Shown here piece by piece: positions 9,630 through 21,727 of a stretch of 64,000 nucleotides of DNA (its first letter is position 1; the number at the start of each line of letters is the position of its first letter). A model generated the notes under the pieces. That model made no database searches, had not been told where the DNA came from, and worked only from the letters and a program-made list of their open reading frames with translations. The stretch is from NCBI GenBank assembly GCA_001662655.1, contig KV460225.1; one strand, 5' to 3'. The stretch is from Pseudogymnoascus verrucosus (Eukaryota). The position numbers and the translations under genes were made by a program.

Positions 9630-10459
9630 GGTCAAAATATTAGGTCAGCACGATGAATAAATTATGACGAGTAATGCTGGACGGAGTAGCAAATACTACA
9701 AGTTAATGAAGACCTACTCTATTCACTCAATATGTGAGATTAAGACACTCTAACAAGCAGTGACACTTGGAAGAATTGGCGAACGGGTTTTGGGAAGAAG
9801 AAGTAGAGGAACTTAGGCTGGTAGAGTATATACAAACAACAGAAGATATCGTGGATGTGGTACAGATGATAGGAGCAGAGCCAGAGCACAGACTGTAAAC
9901 AATGCTGTTGCTATATTAATTACATAGGTGTGCCGATGCACTTTTGCCAATCTCCATCACCTCCTCATTTCTCCGATTTAGATTAATCGGTGAGACATGG
10001 AGTTGGATGGTACGGTTGTTTCTTGCTATACTCGATATGTTCCGTTTGTACCTCACTGTTCAATCTACGTAGTAAATTAAGCGACGACATTGCATAACCT
10101 CGAACAACTAAAGTCCGACGATTACGCTTCGACCTTCGAATAAATAGTCATGTCAACTCCGACCGATGATGTGACTACAACTCTAGAGTAGCTATTGGAA
10201 TAAGCGACAACAAGAAGGAAACCGCCAGGAATGCATCAGGAGCCAAGACTAAATATCTCCGTCCTACATCCCACTACTAAAATTATATCTCGCCGCGTAG
10301 TTTATAAGTATGTGTTATATCTTCTTCGATGCTTACAGTAAACACAGTGACTTGAATTCCTGAAATATATATTCCCAATCAACACATTGTCACGTCACGT
10401 GATATACTCTTCGTCCACAGCATCTAGGACTTCTTTTGTTATTGATCAAGCTCTCCAAG

Positions 10460-11504
10460 ATGGCTTCAGAAACACTCACTTACCCTCCATACGAGAATAC
10501 AGCTTCGAAAACGATTCTCAAAAGCAACGCTTTTAGGGGCACTGAGGGAGTCTACATGCTCCCTCACCATGCCAAAGAAATCGACAGATTGACGAAGCAG
10601 CATTTATTCATGCGAAGCACGACTGAAAATTTGCAGCTCGCCAGTCCAATAACTTCTGGTGCTAAGGAGCTTCGTGTTCTTGATTGTGGCTGCGCCGATG
10701 GTAAGTCGTGAGATGTCACAAGAGCCCATTATATTACAGATATTTACTGATCGTCCAAGGCACGTGGCTCAAAGATCTCGAAATCCTCTATCCCCAGATA
10801 AAGTTCGATCGTCACGGCGTCGATATCGGATCTGATCTGTTTCCTCAGCACTCCAACATCGATCTGCGCCCGCACAATATCACCACGCCTTTCCCTGCTT
10901 CCTGGGAATGGAACGACTCCTTCGATGTCATACATCAACGTCTTCTTGTCTGGGGCCTTAAGCTATCCCAATGGTCCCAAGTCCTCCGCAATCTCTACAC
11001 AATTCTCAAACCAGGTGGCTACATACAGCTTGTTGAGATCGAATTCATCGATCCCGCGAACCCAGCCACGCTACCACAACTGCACAAACAGGCATTGATG
11101 CAGAAATGGTCAACCGCGAGTTTCGGAATGGATATTGACATCGCCTACAAGCTTGGCAATTTGCTGAAGGAAGCAAACTTCACAAATGTGACAAAGGTCC
11201 AGTTTGCACATGGCTATGGTGCAAAGGCCCGAAGTGCGGCGCAGCGTGACGTAAGCGCTGAGTTGTGGGTGGAGTGTTTCCGTAGTTTGGACACGAAGAT
11301 TCCTGCTGGTAAGATATTATTATTTGTTCTCTACTTGACAGTGATGCTGATTGGGGTACAGAGGGTGGGATTCCGGGCGTTGCGAAGGATGCGAAAGAGT
11401 TTCATGAGTTCTTGGATAGCTTGGAGACAGAGATCAAGACATTTGGTTATGAGCCAAAGCTCAATTTTGTGTATGCGCAAAAGCCAGTGTCGCCCGATAT
11501 ATAA
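10460..11504 (+). CDS. Class I SAM-dependent methyltransferase (fungal LaeA/UMTA-like type), 3 exons
   Basis: Exons 10460-10700, 10760-11308, 11362-11504. YMLP..EIDRL, VLDCGCADGTW, GVDI, FDVIHQR, LKPGGYIQLVE, terminal YAQKP. Confidence 0.9.
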
Positions 11505-12068
11505 GTTAGTGATAGTAAACACTAGATAAGACGTATATACATCTCGAGTGAACAAAGTACTCTAAATCGATGTCAGAAGCTCTTGTCGACAAAGGCCACA
11601 ACGAGACACCGTTCCCCCAAACGGCATGAACTGCTGATACGATAACGGGTAACCGCGGTCTCTGCTGTCCGCGCTACCCATTCGTGCTAATCTTACCCAT
11701 CCGTGCTACCCACGGAGGAGATACCATAAGTTTGGCCAACGTATCTCAAGCCACATATCGCATCTTATTGCACAATCGCCCCAGCAACATCAGTAGCGCT
11801 TTTGAAGTACCTGCCTTTTCTTCTTGTTTTTTTAAATAATCGAATTTGCATAGCTTTATTACATGATGGCTCAACGAAAGATAGATGACATTTACCAAAA
11901 TTACCGAAATTACGAAAGAAAGATCACGTTTTATCCCAATAATTCAGAATTCGTCCGTCGTTGGTGCAGCTTCGCCTAAGTTACTGAAACAGATGTTCAC
12001 CTTCACCTTCACCTTCACGCGTTCACGATTTACATGTGGTATTGGGAGTACCATAAACGACCAACCTT

Positions 12069-14202
12069 ATGCCGGACTCTACTCTCCCCCCCGAAAGAGA
12101 ATCGTACACTTGTGGGATTTGTGGCAAGAATTTTGATCGAAGTAGGTATTTTCTGGTTAATGGAATAGCTTTCCTCAGATGGGCTGCCCATCACATCTCA
12201 CTTACTCCTCATAGGAGATCTACGGAATCGACATAAGCGCCGATGTATTCGTTCAATCTCGAACCCGCGAAAGTCGAAACAGAAATCTTGTTGCTCTTGC
12301 GCAACTTCTAAGCTGAGTTGTGATATGAGGCTTCCATCTTGCTCTCGGTGTACCATTCGAAAAATAAGCTGCGAATATGCTTCCACGACTGGTAAGCGGG
12401 AAGAGAAGAAACCTGCCGGCGATTTGGAGAACCTTTCAGATGCAAGTGACCAAACAACTTCAGCTCTCGAGAACTCTTCCGCAAAGGAAAAAGACGTCCA
12501 AAATCAAGCGTATTCGAGTCTGCATACCCATCTTCCCGTTGACGATGCCCGGGCGGCCACAATTATGTCGTTGTCATGTGATCGAACTGCTGAAAATACG
12601 GCGACATCTAGCCTACGGCCGCCATACAGCAAGTTGAGCGAGTCTCCTAGGCGAGATGAAAGTATGAATAGCAGTGCAGCTCAATCATCAGATATATCGT
12701 CTGGTCACATCATGGAGAAAGAGTTAACCAGAACACGGGTCAATATCGAGAATTTTCAGCATTTCTTGGATTCTGATCCGGTTTTAGAAGTAGCTCTGGC
12801 GGAGACAAGTACCATGGCTCTCTCTCCAGGGTATCAACTTTCAAGTGCTCAATCTCTGTTTCAAATCAATGACACGACTGCTTTATTGGAAGGATTTAAT
12901 AGCCAATGGCTGAATTCGAATGTGGCGAACTTTCAGTCCACGAGTGAACATGATTGGGGCAATTCCGTGACAAACTTGTCCATCGAACCATCACGCGATT
13001 TCGGTTTTAATCTTATGGGATCTTTTGGTATACCGGGAAGCCATACTACTTCGAATGCGTTTCAAAAGATAGCTACGGAATGTCCTGGATCAAGTTTTGA
13101 CACTCCAGCCTGGAAGCCGCCACTTCGGCCTGAAACGCTTGAATATGCGGATAGAGTATCTGAAGATGAACCGTCGTTAGTCGTCCTCAACGGGCCTTCA
13201 AGAATCACTCCCGTCGTTCCTATTAATATCGGCAAAGATGCCCAAGATCGGGATCTGGAAGTTTCTACATTGGATCAAGGAAGTGAATTCACATCATATC
13301 CTGTTAATGGCATATCTTACCAGATGAATTCAAATAAAGATCTGGCTAAGATGCTTTTGGAATTCCCTCAAATGATGGCTCGACCTGGTGGGAAATACCC
13401 ACCATTCGTACACCACAGGCTCTATCGTTGCGAAGAAGGGGATGTGCTGAAGCCATTAGCTATTGCATTTTGTTTTGTGGCCGCCTTGAATGCGGCATTT
13501 CCAAGTGGCAAAGGTTTTGTTCATTCTTTGATGAATGCTGAAAGGGATCAGCTTTTGAAAGGATTCCGCCTGTTGAGGGAGTCTGAGCTTGAAATGATAG
13601 CTACTGTGCATGCCATCTGCGTCTATCAGATTATGGGGTTTTTTGATGACTCGAGCCCGGATTCCGCTCGTTTTGCCGAATTGCAACAACCCTTCTTCCT
13701 TAGGATGGCCCGCCGATTTGTTGCTTCATATATGCCACAACTACGCTCATCTTATGATGATAGCGACTACTCCGAACCAGTTTGGGAGAAGTGGATTTCT
13801 ACAGAGACAGTGCGACGAACTTTCTTCCTTATTCACATTATCAATGTCATCGCTTGCCGAACCGAGAAACAAAACCCATACTTTTATGAGGAGCTTGACG
13901 ACGACCTCGTTATGGACCTTCCGTTGCCAGCCCCAGAGAAGATCTGGAAGGCAAATTCTGCGGCGGAGTGGAAATCAGCTCTTGAGGAAGAACTCCAAGG
14001 TGGTTGGCAAGCAAATAGAACAGCGAGTATGAACTTCAGCGGAAATGGATGGAAAGAAAGTACTGTCAATGGCAGCGAATGGGATCTCAGCGGTGATGGC
14101 ATGTTATCGGGTGCTACCAGAACGAGTTTCTATGAGATCCACCTGACAAATTCGCATGAATTCACAAGGCTTTTGATGCACTGTATTGACCGAAGGAGAT
14201 GA
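12069..14202 (+). CDS. Transcription factor with an N-terminal C2HC/C2H2-type finger plus a Zn(II)2Cys6 cluster
   Basis: Exon 12069-12141, intron 12142-12214. Spliced: YTCGICGKNFDRRDLRNRHKRRC...SCCSCATSKLSCDMRLPSCSRCTIRKISCEY. C-terminal fungal TF region (PPFVH, WEKWI..ETVRRT, LPLPAPEKIW). Confidence 0.88.
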
Positions 14203-14553
14203 GGGTAATATCTGTCGATTTTGACCCAGCTATTTAAACAGAGAATATGAACACAGACGAGATCCTGTACAATGTCAGTGAAATTAGAATAACGAGAAAC
14301 TGTGGAGACTGTTCCTAGTACCTGTCAGTGAAGATACCCTAGTTACTTATTTCGAAGAGAATAGAATTGAATTATACCAAGGCTATAAAAATAATAGAAT
14401 ATCAAGTCTTGATATATGTGTTCAAACAAAGAATAGGTTCCAATGGCTCCATCCATGAAATCTTCCATGCACCTAAGAACCACACACACACCACCCGGAT
14501 CCATCAAACAACTTATTCTTCAGACTATACATAATCTGATTTTCAATGTACCT

Positions 14554-16176
14554 TTAAGTTATATCATCATTACTAAGAGGAGGACGATGATTTTCAAAAT
14601 TCATTATGACAAAGCGAGCACCAAAGTTCTTCCCTACGATATTTGCGGTCTCAGGTGCCTGGTTCTCGTTTAGGAGCACTACATTCTCCGGGTACAATTT
14701 TCCAAGAAGTGCAAACCCGATTACTTGGTTTTTTGCTGGGATGATATGGATCGAATTTGCGTCGTTCGTCAGACTATCAGAGCTAGGTTTGTGGGATAAT
14801 AAAGTGACAAGCCCAGGCTGCGAAAGAATATTAGACGCTTTATGGAGGAAGACATGTATATTCGAAGCTGATTTCGGTCGACTCTCTGATAATTCAGGTG
14901 ATTTTCTGGTGAACCGACTCTCGAAAACGCTACGTTCTGTTTGGTCTTTCTTCGAAGAAGTCTTGTTTTCACCATTGGATATAGTACCGTTTGGGCCTTC
15001 GTGACTCGAAATTGGTCTCGTGGATAAGTTGATATGATGAACGTAACGTTGGCCCCGAGAAATTTGACCAATATCGACGGAAACCAATGTGCCGCGGTCT
15101 ATATCCACCTGCAACTTGAGAATGCGTCTGGTGGAATCGCTACCAGCATTGACCTCGAGTGAGCATTTCGTGCTTTGTGGTTTGAGAGCGAAAAGTGATG
15201 GTGGAGGCCAAGCTCCAGGAGCTACAACTGTTTCAGGCTCAGAAATATTGTTTTGGGGAGCAGTATAGTAGTTTTGATGCTCATAGTCGAAAAGCAGGTT
15301 GCTGCTAGTGTCTTCAAGTCGCGCTGGATGATAGCGAAGAAGGTAGCAAGATCGGGATCCCGAAAGAAATGCTGGAAGGACCAATCCTTGCGAGTATTGG
15401 AATCCGTAGCCACCACTTAGAAGATCTGGCGCTGTAAAGGTTTTGGCAAGATTGACAATTGCCAAGTAAGGGGTTGCGCCAGTGAGACATTGCAAGAGGA
15501 ACCTCTTTCGTGGCTCTTCAGCTCCTCGAAGCCCCTTTTTGGCTTTTGTTGTGATTATCAAGGGCACTTCGTCATAATTCTCGAAGGGCAAAAGCAGGTC
15601 TCGAAGAAGAATCATCTGATGAAGCCATTCGTTGTATAACTCCATTAAGTAACGATTGCTCCTCGAACCCATAAGAAGAGAAACCACCGCCGATGTCCAT
15701 AGATGACCTTCACAAGGGCTTCGTATTCTGAAATTTGCATCGGCCTTTTCGAGACTGAAAGCATCTCGAGCATGTTGAACCAAAACCGTTCCAATGATTT
15801 GAGCCTGTCCTGCAATTTCTCTTCGTGATGTATCGGATGCCCCGTAGGATAAGGGAAGTGATGAGACTCTTCCAGAGGTAGAGAGGATTGCTGTAAGTCC
15901 GCCGAGCAGGGTCTCAAGAGGAGAATCTTCTGGAGGGCTGCTTTGACCAAGAGCACAAACAACAGTCTCCAAGAGTGGCGATACCGCTGCAACCAACTGT
16001 TTGGCCGTATATGCACCTGGAGAAAGTGGATAGTCAACTCGTATCGAGCCCTGATTATCAGAGGGCGCCATCGGCCGTGTTTGATGATAGACTGCAGGTA
16101 CAATGGTTCGCCCAAGAACCAAACCGCCCAGATGCGCAATTTGATAAGCCGTTGCTGTAACGGGCTCGAAGCCCAT
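14554..16176 (-). CDS. Hypothetical protein B (unrecognised family, paralog of 8142-9629), intronless, 540 aa
   Basis: Long ORF colinear with protein A over its full length, plus a low-complexity insertion near the C-terminus. Confidence 0.85.
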   Translation of the reverse strand: MGFEPVTATAYQIAHLGGLVLGRTIVPAVYHQTRPMAPSDNQGSIRVDYPLSPGAYTAKQLVAAVSPLLETVVCALGQSSPPEDSPLETLLGGLTAILSTSGRVSSLPLSYGASDTSRREIAGQAQIIGTVLVQHARDAFSLEKADANFRIRSPCEGHLWTSAVVSLLMGSRSNRYLMELYNEWLHQMILLRDLLLPFENYDEVPLIITTKAKKGLRGAEEPRKRFLLQCLTGATPYLAIVNLAKTFTAPDLLSGGYGFQYSQGLVLPAFLSGSRSCYLLRYHPARLEDTSSNLLFDYEHQNYYTAPQNNISEPETVVAPGAWPPPSLFALKPQSTKCSLEVNAGSDSTRRILKLQVDIDRGTLVSVDIGQISRGQRYVHHINLSTRPISSHEGPNGTISNGENKTSSKKDQTERSVFESRFTRKSPELSESRPKSASNIHVFLHKASNILSQPGLVTLLSHKPSSDSLTNDANSIHIIPAKNQVIGFALLGKLYPENVVLLNENQAPETANIVGKNFGARFVIMNFENHRPPLSNDDIT

Positions 16177-17029
16177 TTCGAATCTAACGAACTCGTGACA
16201 TCAAGGCAAGAGAACCGACGAGCTTGAAATAAGTAACGTCAAGGGTAGGAACGTTCACTTTGCGAACAGTGTTTATTTGATTTCGAATTACAAGACAGCA
16301 TGAATAACAATTCTGACGAAGCTAGTATCGATCGACACCATGAGAGAGAACTACATTTTCGAAGAAGCGAATGGAATCGACTCTACCAACAAAGCATCAA
16401 AGTTACCGGGAGCGGCTTCTGCATCGAACTCCGAGAATAATTGTATGTATGTAGGTAGAGTTCCGCTGTCACTGGTGCGATCGGGATACTACTATATGCA
16501 GAACGACCAGGAACTTCCGTCGGCAGCAACTATCTCGCTTGCCGTCAATGACGACCATCAAACTCCGAGCGCAACACGCCTCTAACGTTAGCGACGAATG
16601 AGGCATCCACACATCCAATGACCACAAAAATGACACCAAGGCTAATTTTATGTTCTTATCACCAATCTTATGAAGAATGAAGTTGGAACACAGAACATTG
16701 GCAACATTTCCCCACAATCCAAGCATTATGCAACCATCGGATCAGTACAGGAGGCGCAATTCGTCTTTTACTGTCCCGAAGATGTGCTTTCATGGCCTTC
16801 ATGGCGTTCAAATTTGACATAGCCTCATTTTCACCAGCGAGGTTTTTGATCAGTGTATCGCATCTTCAGAGATAAGATGTAGTCGATACATAAAAGAAAG
16901 CAAGTCGCCTTCTTGTTTGGTCTTTTGAGATCATAGGCACTGCTATCCCTAGAGCAAGCTTGTTCACTCTCGCTACTGGCCTTATATATCATTAAATACA
17001 AGTACACTCATCGGACATCTTCGGCTATC

Positions 17030-18880
17030 ATGGCTGGAAAGTCTTGGTCTCCGGGTTGGATACACGATAAAGGATTGAGGACGCTGTACTTCCTTCTTTT
17101 GATTCCGCTCCTGAGCAGTTCTTATCAAGGATTCGATGGCATGATTATGAATGGATTGCAGCTCTTGCCACCATGGCAGAAAGGTAATTATTACGAATTT
17201 GAATATCTGCTAGTCCCTCCGCTTTTTGAGCTCTTAGCTAACAAGCGCTTGCAGAGTTCAATTATCCCACTGGTCCTATTCTAGGTCTGCTCAACTCTAT
17301 TCAGACAGTTGGAGCAATGGTTGCACTGCCGTTTATTACGTGGCTTGTTGATAGGTTTGGTCGTCGCCGTGCTATCGCCTTTGGTGCATCATGGACAATC
17401 GTTGGTGCTATTCTGCAAGCTTCTTCTAAACACATTCCTCAGTTTATCATCGCTCGACTCCTCATCGGATGGGGTCTTGCATACACCGTAGTGGCCTCTC
17501 CACTTTTGATTGTGGAATTAGCGGCTCCGAGACATCGCGGCTCAATAATCTCATATTTCGGTACCGTCTGGTTTATTGGTGCTATAATTGCTGCATGGGT
17601 CACGTTTGGCACCAGGAACATTCCAAATTCTTGGGCTTGGAGAATTCCAAGTGTGCTCCAGGCTTTTCCGGCCATTATCCAGATTGTCGGCATTTTCTTC
17701 GTCCCTGAGAGTCCTCGCTGGCTTGTCTCGAAAGGTCGCGGAAGTGAAGCAAAGGCGATATTGGCAAAGTATCATGCAAATGGAGATTCGCTTGATTCTT
17801 TGGTCGAATTAGAGTATGCCGAAATCAAGGATGCCGTTATCGAAGACGCAAATCATAAACAAAAGGGAAGTTGGAAGGATTTGGTGCGAACCGCTCCAAA
17901 TCGTAGGCGTCTTTTACTTGTGTTCTTCTGTGGAGTTTTTATTGAGGTATTTTCAAATCATTTGTTCTGTCTTCAATCCAATTCTGACACTTATAGATCT
18001 CTGGCAATGGTCTTGTCCAATACTATCTCAATTCAATTCTCAACAGCATCGGCATAACTGGAGTCACAACGAAAACCACTATCAACGGATGTCTTTCAAT
18101 CTATAATTTTGTCATTGCCGTTGTCGCCTCATTGTATGTCGAGAAGGTTGGACGTCGTCCTTTGTTTATCATTTCGACTGCTGGAATGCTAGTTTCCTTC
18201 ATCATTTGGACCACATTGGCAGCATGTATGTAACTCCATCCCACCCTCCATATTCTTATACGCTAACCATAAACTCTTATTAGTGTATACCACTCATGGA
18301 ACTAGCAGCTACGCTATCGGAGTCCTTGTCGCCATATTCCTGTGCCATGGTTTTTACGATATTGGATGGACCCCATTGTACTCTTATGCGAGCGAGCTTC
18401 TTCCATTTGAGACCCGAGCCCGAGGCATCACATTTCAAAGTGGAGTCATGCACGCCTTCGGTTTCTTCGGTACCTTTGTCAATCCAATCGGTCTTAAAAA
18501 CATTGGCTGGAAGTACTACATTGCGTATATTGTATACACAATTCTTGAGGTACGTATTTCTCAGTTCGTTTCACAACCCGAATTTTCTCAGAAGTTCAAT
18601 TGTGAAACGTCTGTTTATCTACATCTGCTAACTTGAGCGTTTGTCTACTCAGCTCCTCTTCGTCTGGCACTTCATTGTTGAGACCCGTGGATACACTCTT
18701 GAACAGATCGCTCAGATATTTGACACTCCAAATATTAGCTGGAAACAACGTCGCAATATGAAGGCACCTGGTAATATCTTGGATGACTCCGTCGATGGAA
18801 TTACTACACCAGGCGAGAAGCAAACTACAAAATCGTCATCAACGGAGATTGTTGATGACAGTTCAGCTGAGAAGCAGTAG
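17030..18880 (+). CDS. MFS sugar porter (lactose permease/cellodextrin-transporter-like), multi-exon
   Basis: GFDG..MNGLQ, DRFGRR, ELAAPRHRG, WRIPS.LQ, PESPRWL, EKVGRRPL, ELLPFETRARG, VETRGYTLE. Four short introns are visible. Confidence 0.92.
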
Positions 18881-19015
18881 TCAACTTTGCATCATGATTA
18901 GTGCACTGCTTTGTTAGAATTAGCTACTTAATCACTTTCGTAGATTCACTTGAACGACAGTCACAACCTACATGCTCCACCCGTAACCTACGCGAAGCCT
19001 ACTGCTCTAGTGATA

Positions 19016-20653
19016 ATGCCTCCACGAAAAAGCCCTCAATTAGCTTAAAACGAAGGTCGAATTGCCCTAGCTATTCAGGCTTACCAGAAAGGGCAATTTC
19101 GAAGTCTAAAAGCTGCTACAGATGCGTACGATGTCCCTTATGCAACTACCCATAATCGACTTCATGGACGCGTCGCGCGACACGACTTACGTTCCGCAAA
19201 CCTCAAACTTACTCAAAACGAAGAGTCTAGCCTAGTCTAATGGATAGTATCTATGGATAAACGTGGCCTATCACCTCGAGTTAATACTTTACGACAAATG
19301 GCTAATTTACTCCTCTAAAAACGCGTTACAGATTAAGTTACAGATTCTACAGATCTTACAGTTAGCTGCAATTAGGTCCGTAACTTTGTACAACGCCAAG
19401 AAACCACCCTAAAATCGCGATTCAACCGTAAATACGATTACTAACGAGCTCTATGTGAAGATCCTACAATTATTCGCAATTGGTTTCGACTTGTACATAA
19501 TATTCAAGCAAAGTATGGTATTACAGATGTAGACATTTATAACTTTGATGGGACGGATTTCTAGATGGGAGTTATTACAACTGCAAAGGTGATAACAAGG
19601 TCTAAAAGAGCTAGACGACCTATTACTATATAGCTAGACAAATGATATCCTTAGACTTACGTGGCTTACGGACGTGTTTAAGAAGCATACAAAAGACGTA
19701 CAACTAGAAAATACAGGCTCTTAATACTAGACGGCCATAGAAGCCATAATACACTAGAATTTGACTTATTCTATATATAACATTTGATTATTACACTCTA
19801 TATGCCACTACATTCCTTGCATTTTTTACGGCCTCTAGATATTAGTTGTTTTACAGCTATAAAACAAGCTTATAGATAGCAAATTAAGGGCTATATGTAA
19901 GTTAGCCTAAACCATATTAATAAGCCTAACTTTCTTATAGCATATAACGAAACCTAATAAGAGACTTTAATTCTACGTAACATTTAAAGTAGATTTACAG
20001 CTACTAGCCTTATTCTACACGATCCTAATCATGTACTTAAAAAGCTCTATGTTACTTTATAGATGCTAACTCTACCTATAAACCATCTAGTAGCCTTAAG
20101 TCCTTAGAATCCTAAGACGCCTTATAATATTTAACAGCTAGAGCATTAAACAAAGACAATTAAGGAGTATATTTTGCGTTATACATAGAGCCTACTAAGC
20201 CCTATAGACCTTATACTTAATTAGTTAGTTAAGGGTTATTAAATGGTAATAAATAACACTATTCTTCTTATAGAGGAGAATTAGCTATTATAGTCTAAGA
20301 ACACTAGATAGAAAAAGAAGAAGATAAAAAGGAAGTTGTATATAGCTATAGGAGGAGTCCTATTAGTTTAAGAGGGCCTATAATGCTCTAAAATAGCAAT
20401 TATAGGGCTAGTAGGACTAGAGGTGGTAATTATAGATCACCTATAAGAACTATGAATATATGTACTAAATAAGTGTAGTATATGTAAATCACTAGAGCAT
20501 AATGCTTATAAATGCCTAGAGAGGTCTTGTTCTACTTAGTATAGTTTTATAAGGGCTAGTTTAGTTAGTTTATAATAATATAGATAGGTTATAGGTAGTT
20601 TTTAGGAGGAATTATTAACTTGCTTATATTATTAGCTTACTTATGCATTACGT
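19016..20653 (+). mobile_element. RIP-degraded Fot1/pogo-type transposon, copy 1 (no 5' TIR found, internal deletion)
   Basis: From ATG 19016: EGRIALAIQAYQKGQF..AATDAYDVP, RKYDY*RALCEDP, IYNFDGTDF*MG, LILDGH, and a terminal CxxCx4Hx4C near 20475-20520. Stops are CAA/CAG/TGG-derived. Ends ...TTATGCATTACGT|TA. Confidence 0.88.
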
Positions 20654-20655
20654 TA

Positions 20656-21425
20656 TAATGTACTTTATAGGCAACTTATACACGCCCTACTATTTTTTAT
20701 GTATCTCCCTTCCTTTAACTCTATATATCTTACCTAATAGAGGTCTAATTAGCTTATAAAGAGCAGTAAATTACTCTTATACTCTAGGTGTATAAAGATA
20801 GCTAGTTTTTAAGTTTATAGGCAGCTATAAATGCATATAATATCCCTACCTTAACTCTTTAATATTATGTTAACGGAGGATGTACATAGAGGGGTTTATA
20901 GGCTATAAACTCTAAACTCTTGCCTATAGAGGAGGAAGCTCTTATTAAGTAGATATTGTTAATAGATAAATAGGGCTTACTAGTTAGAAGGAGTTCTATC
21001 TAGTAAATAGTAAATCTACTCCTCTAAAAACAGTTGAATATAGACTATAACAAGTCTCTAATAGTTAGTAAAAACTAGGTCTATACCTTTATATAGTACT
21101 ATACTTCCCTTTAATTAAAGTATAACTATAAGTATAATTACTAGTATGCTAAATATAAGTATCCTATAGTTATTTAAGACTAGTTTTAGCTTATATAGAA
21201 TGTTATTACTAAATATATAATCCTAGATAAGGATATATACAACTTTAATGAGACTAGGTTCTAAATAGGAGTAATTTTAACTATAATAGTTATTATAGGT
21301 TCTAAAAGAGCTAGCTAGCTAGTATCTATTTAACTAGGGAACTATAATTGGGCTATAGTTATTAAATCTATATTATTGTCTAGTTAGAGCTTACTACTAA
21401 TGATTATCTTTAAAGGGAAGGTTTA
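20656..21425 (+). mobile_element. Heavily RIP-degraded, 3'-truncated Fot1/pogo-type transposon, copy 2
   Basis: Decayed start at 20737 (ATA). Very TpA-rich. Recognisable IYNFNETRF*IGV and IIFKGKV relics. Confidence 0.78.
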
Positions 21426-21727
21426 ATCCACTTGCTTTTGACTCTTAATCGTGCTAATAGGCATAGTGTGGAATCTGAGCCCCTTGCCTCCTTGAGGGTG
21501 AGCGGGGTGAGGCGACGAATCGTTTTCGTGTCAATTTCTCGTCAGTCTTCTGACTAGCATACCCTTAGGTAATATAGTTTCAGCGTAGCGTAAGTATATA
21601 TTTCGGGATCATGGCTAATTGCATAGAGTAAAACCATTAGATCTACTCGCTTTGGCGTGATAACTGGACGTATATTTAGAGATTTGACCCTGACATTAAA
21701 CTACGCAACTCGTGTAAATCAGAAGGA

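Noticed and set aside
8142..16176. Paralogs as isocyanide synthase, arginine cyclodipeptide synthase or DUF3328 RiPP oxidase
   Set aside because: VLPAFL is not followed by the isocyanide-synthase PxKSxN motif, there is no DDxxE, and there is no HxxHC motif.
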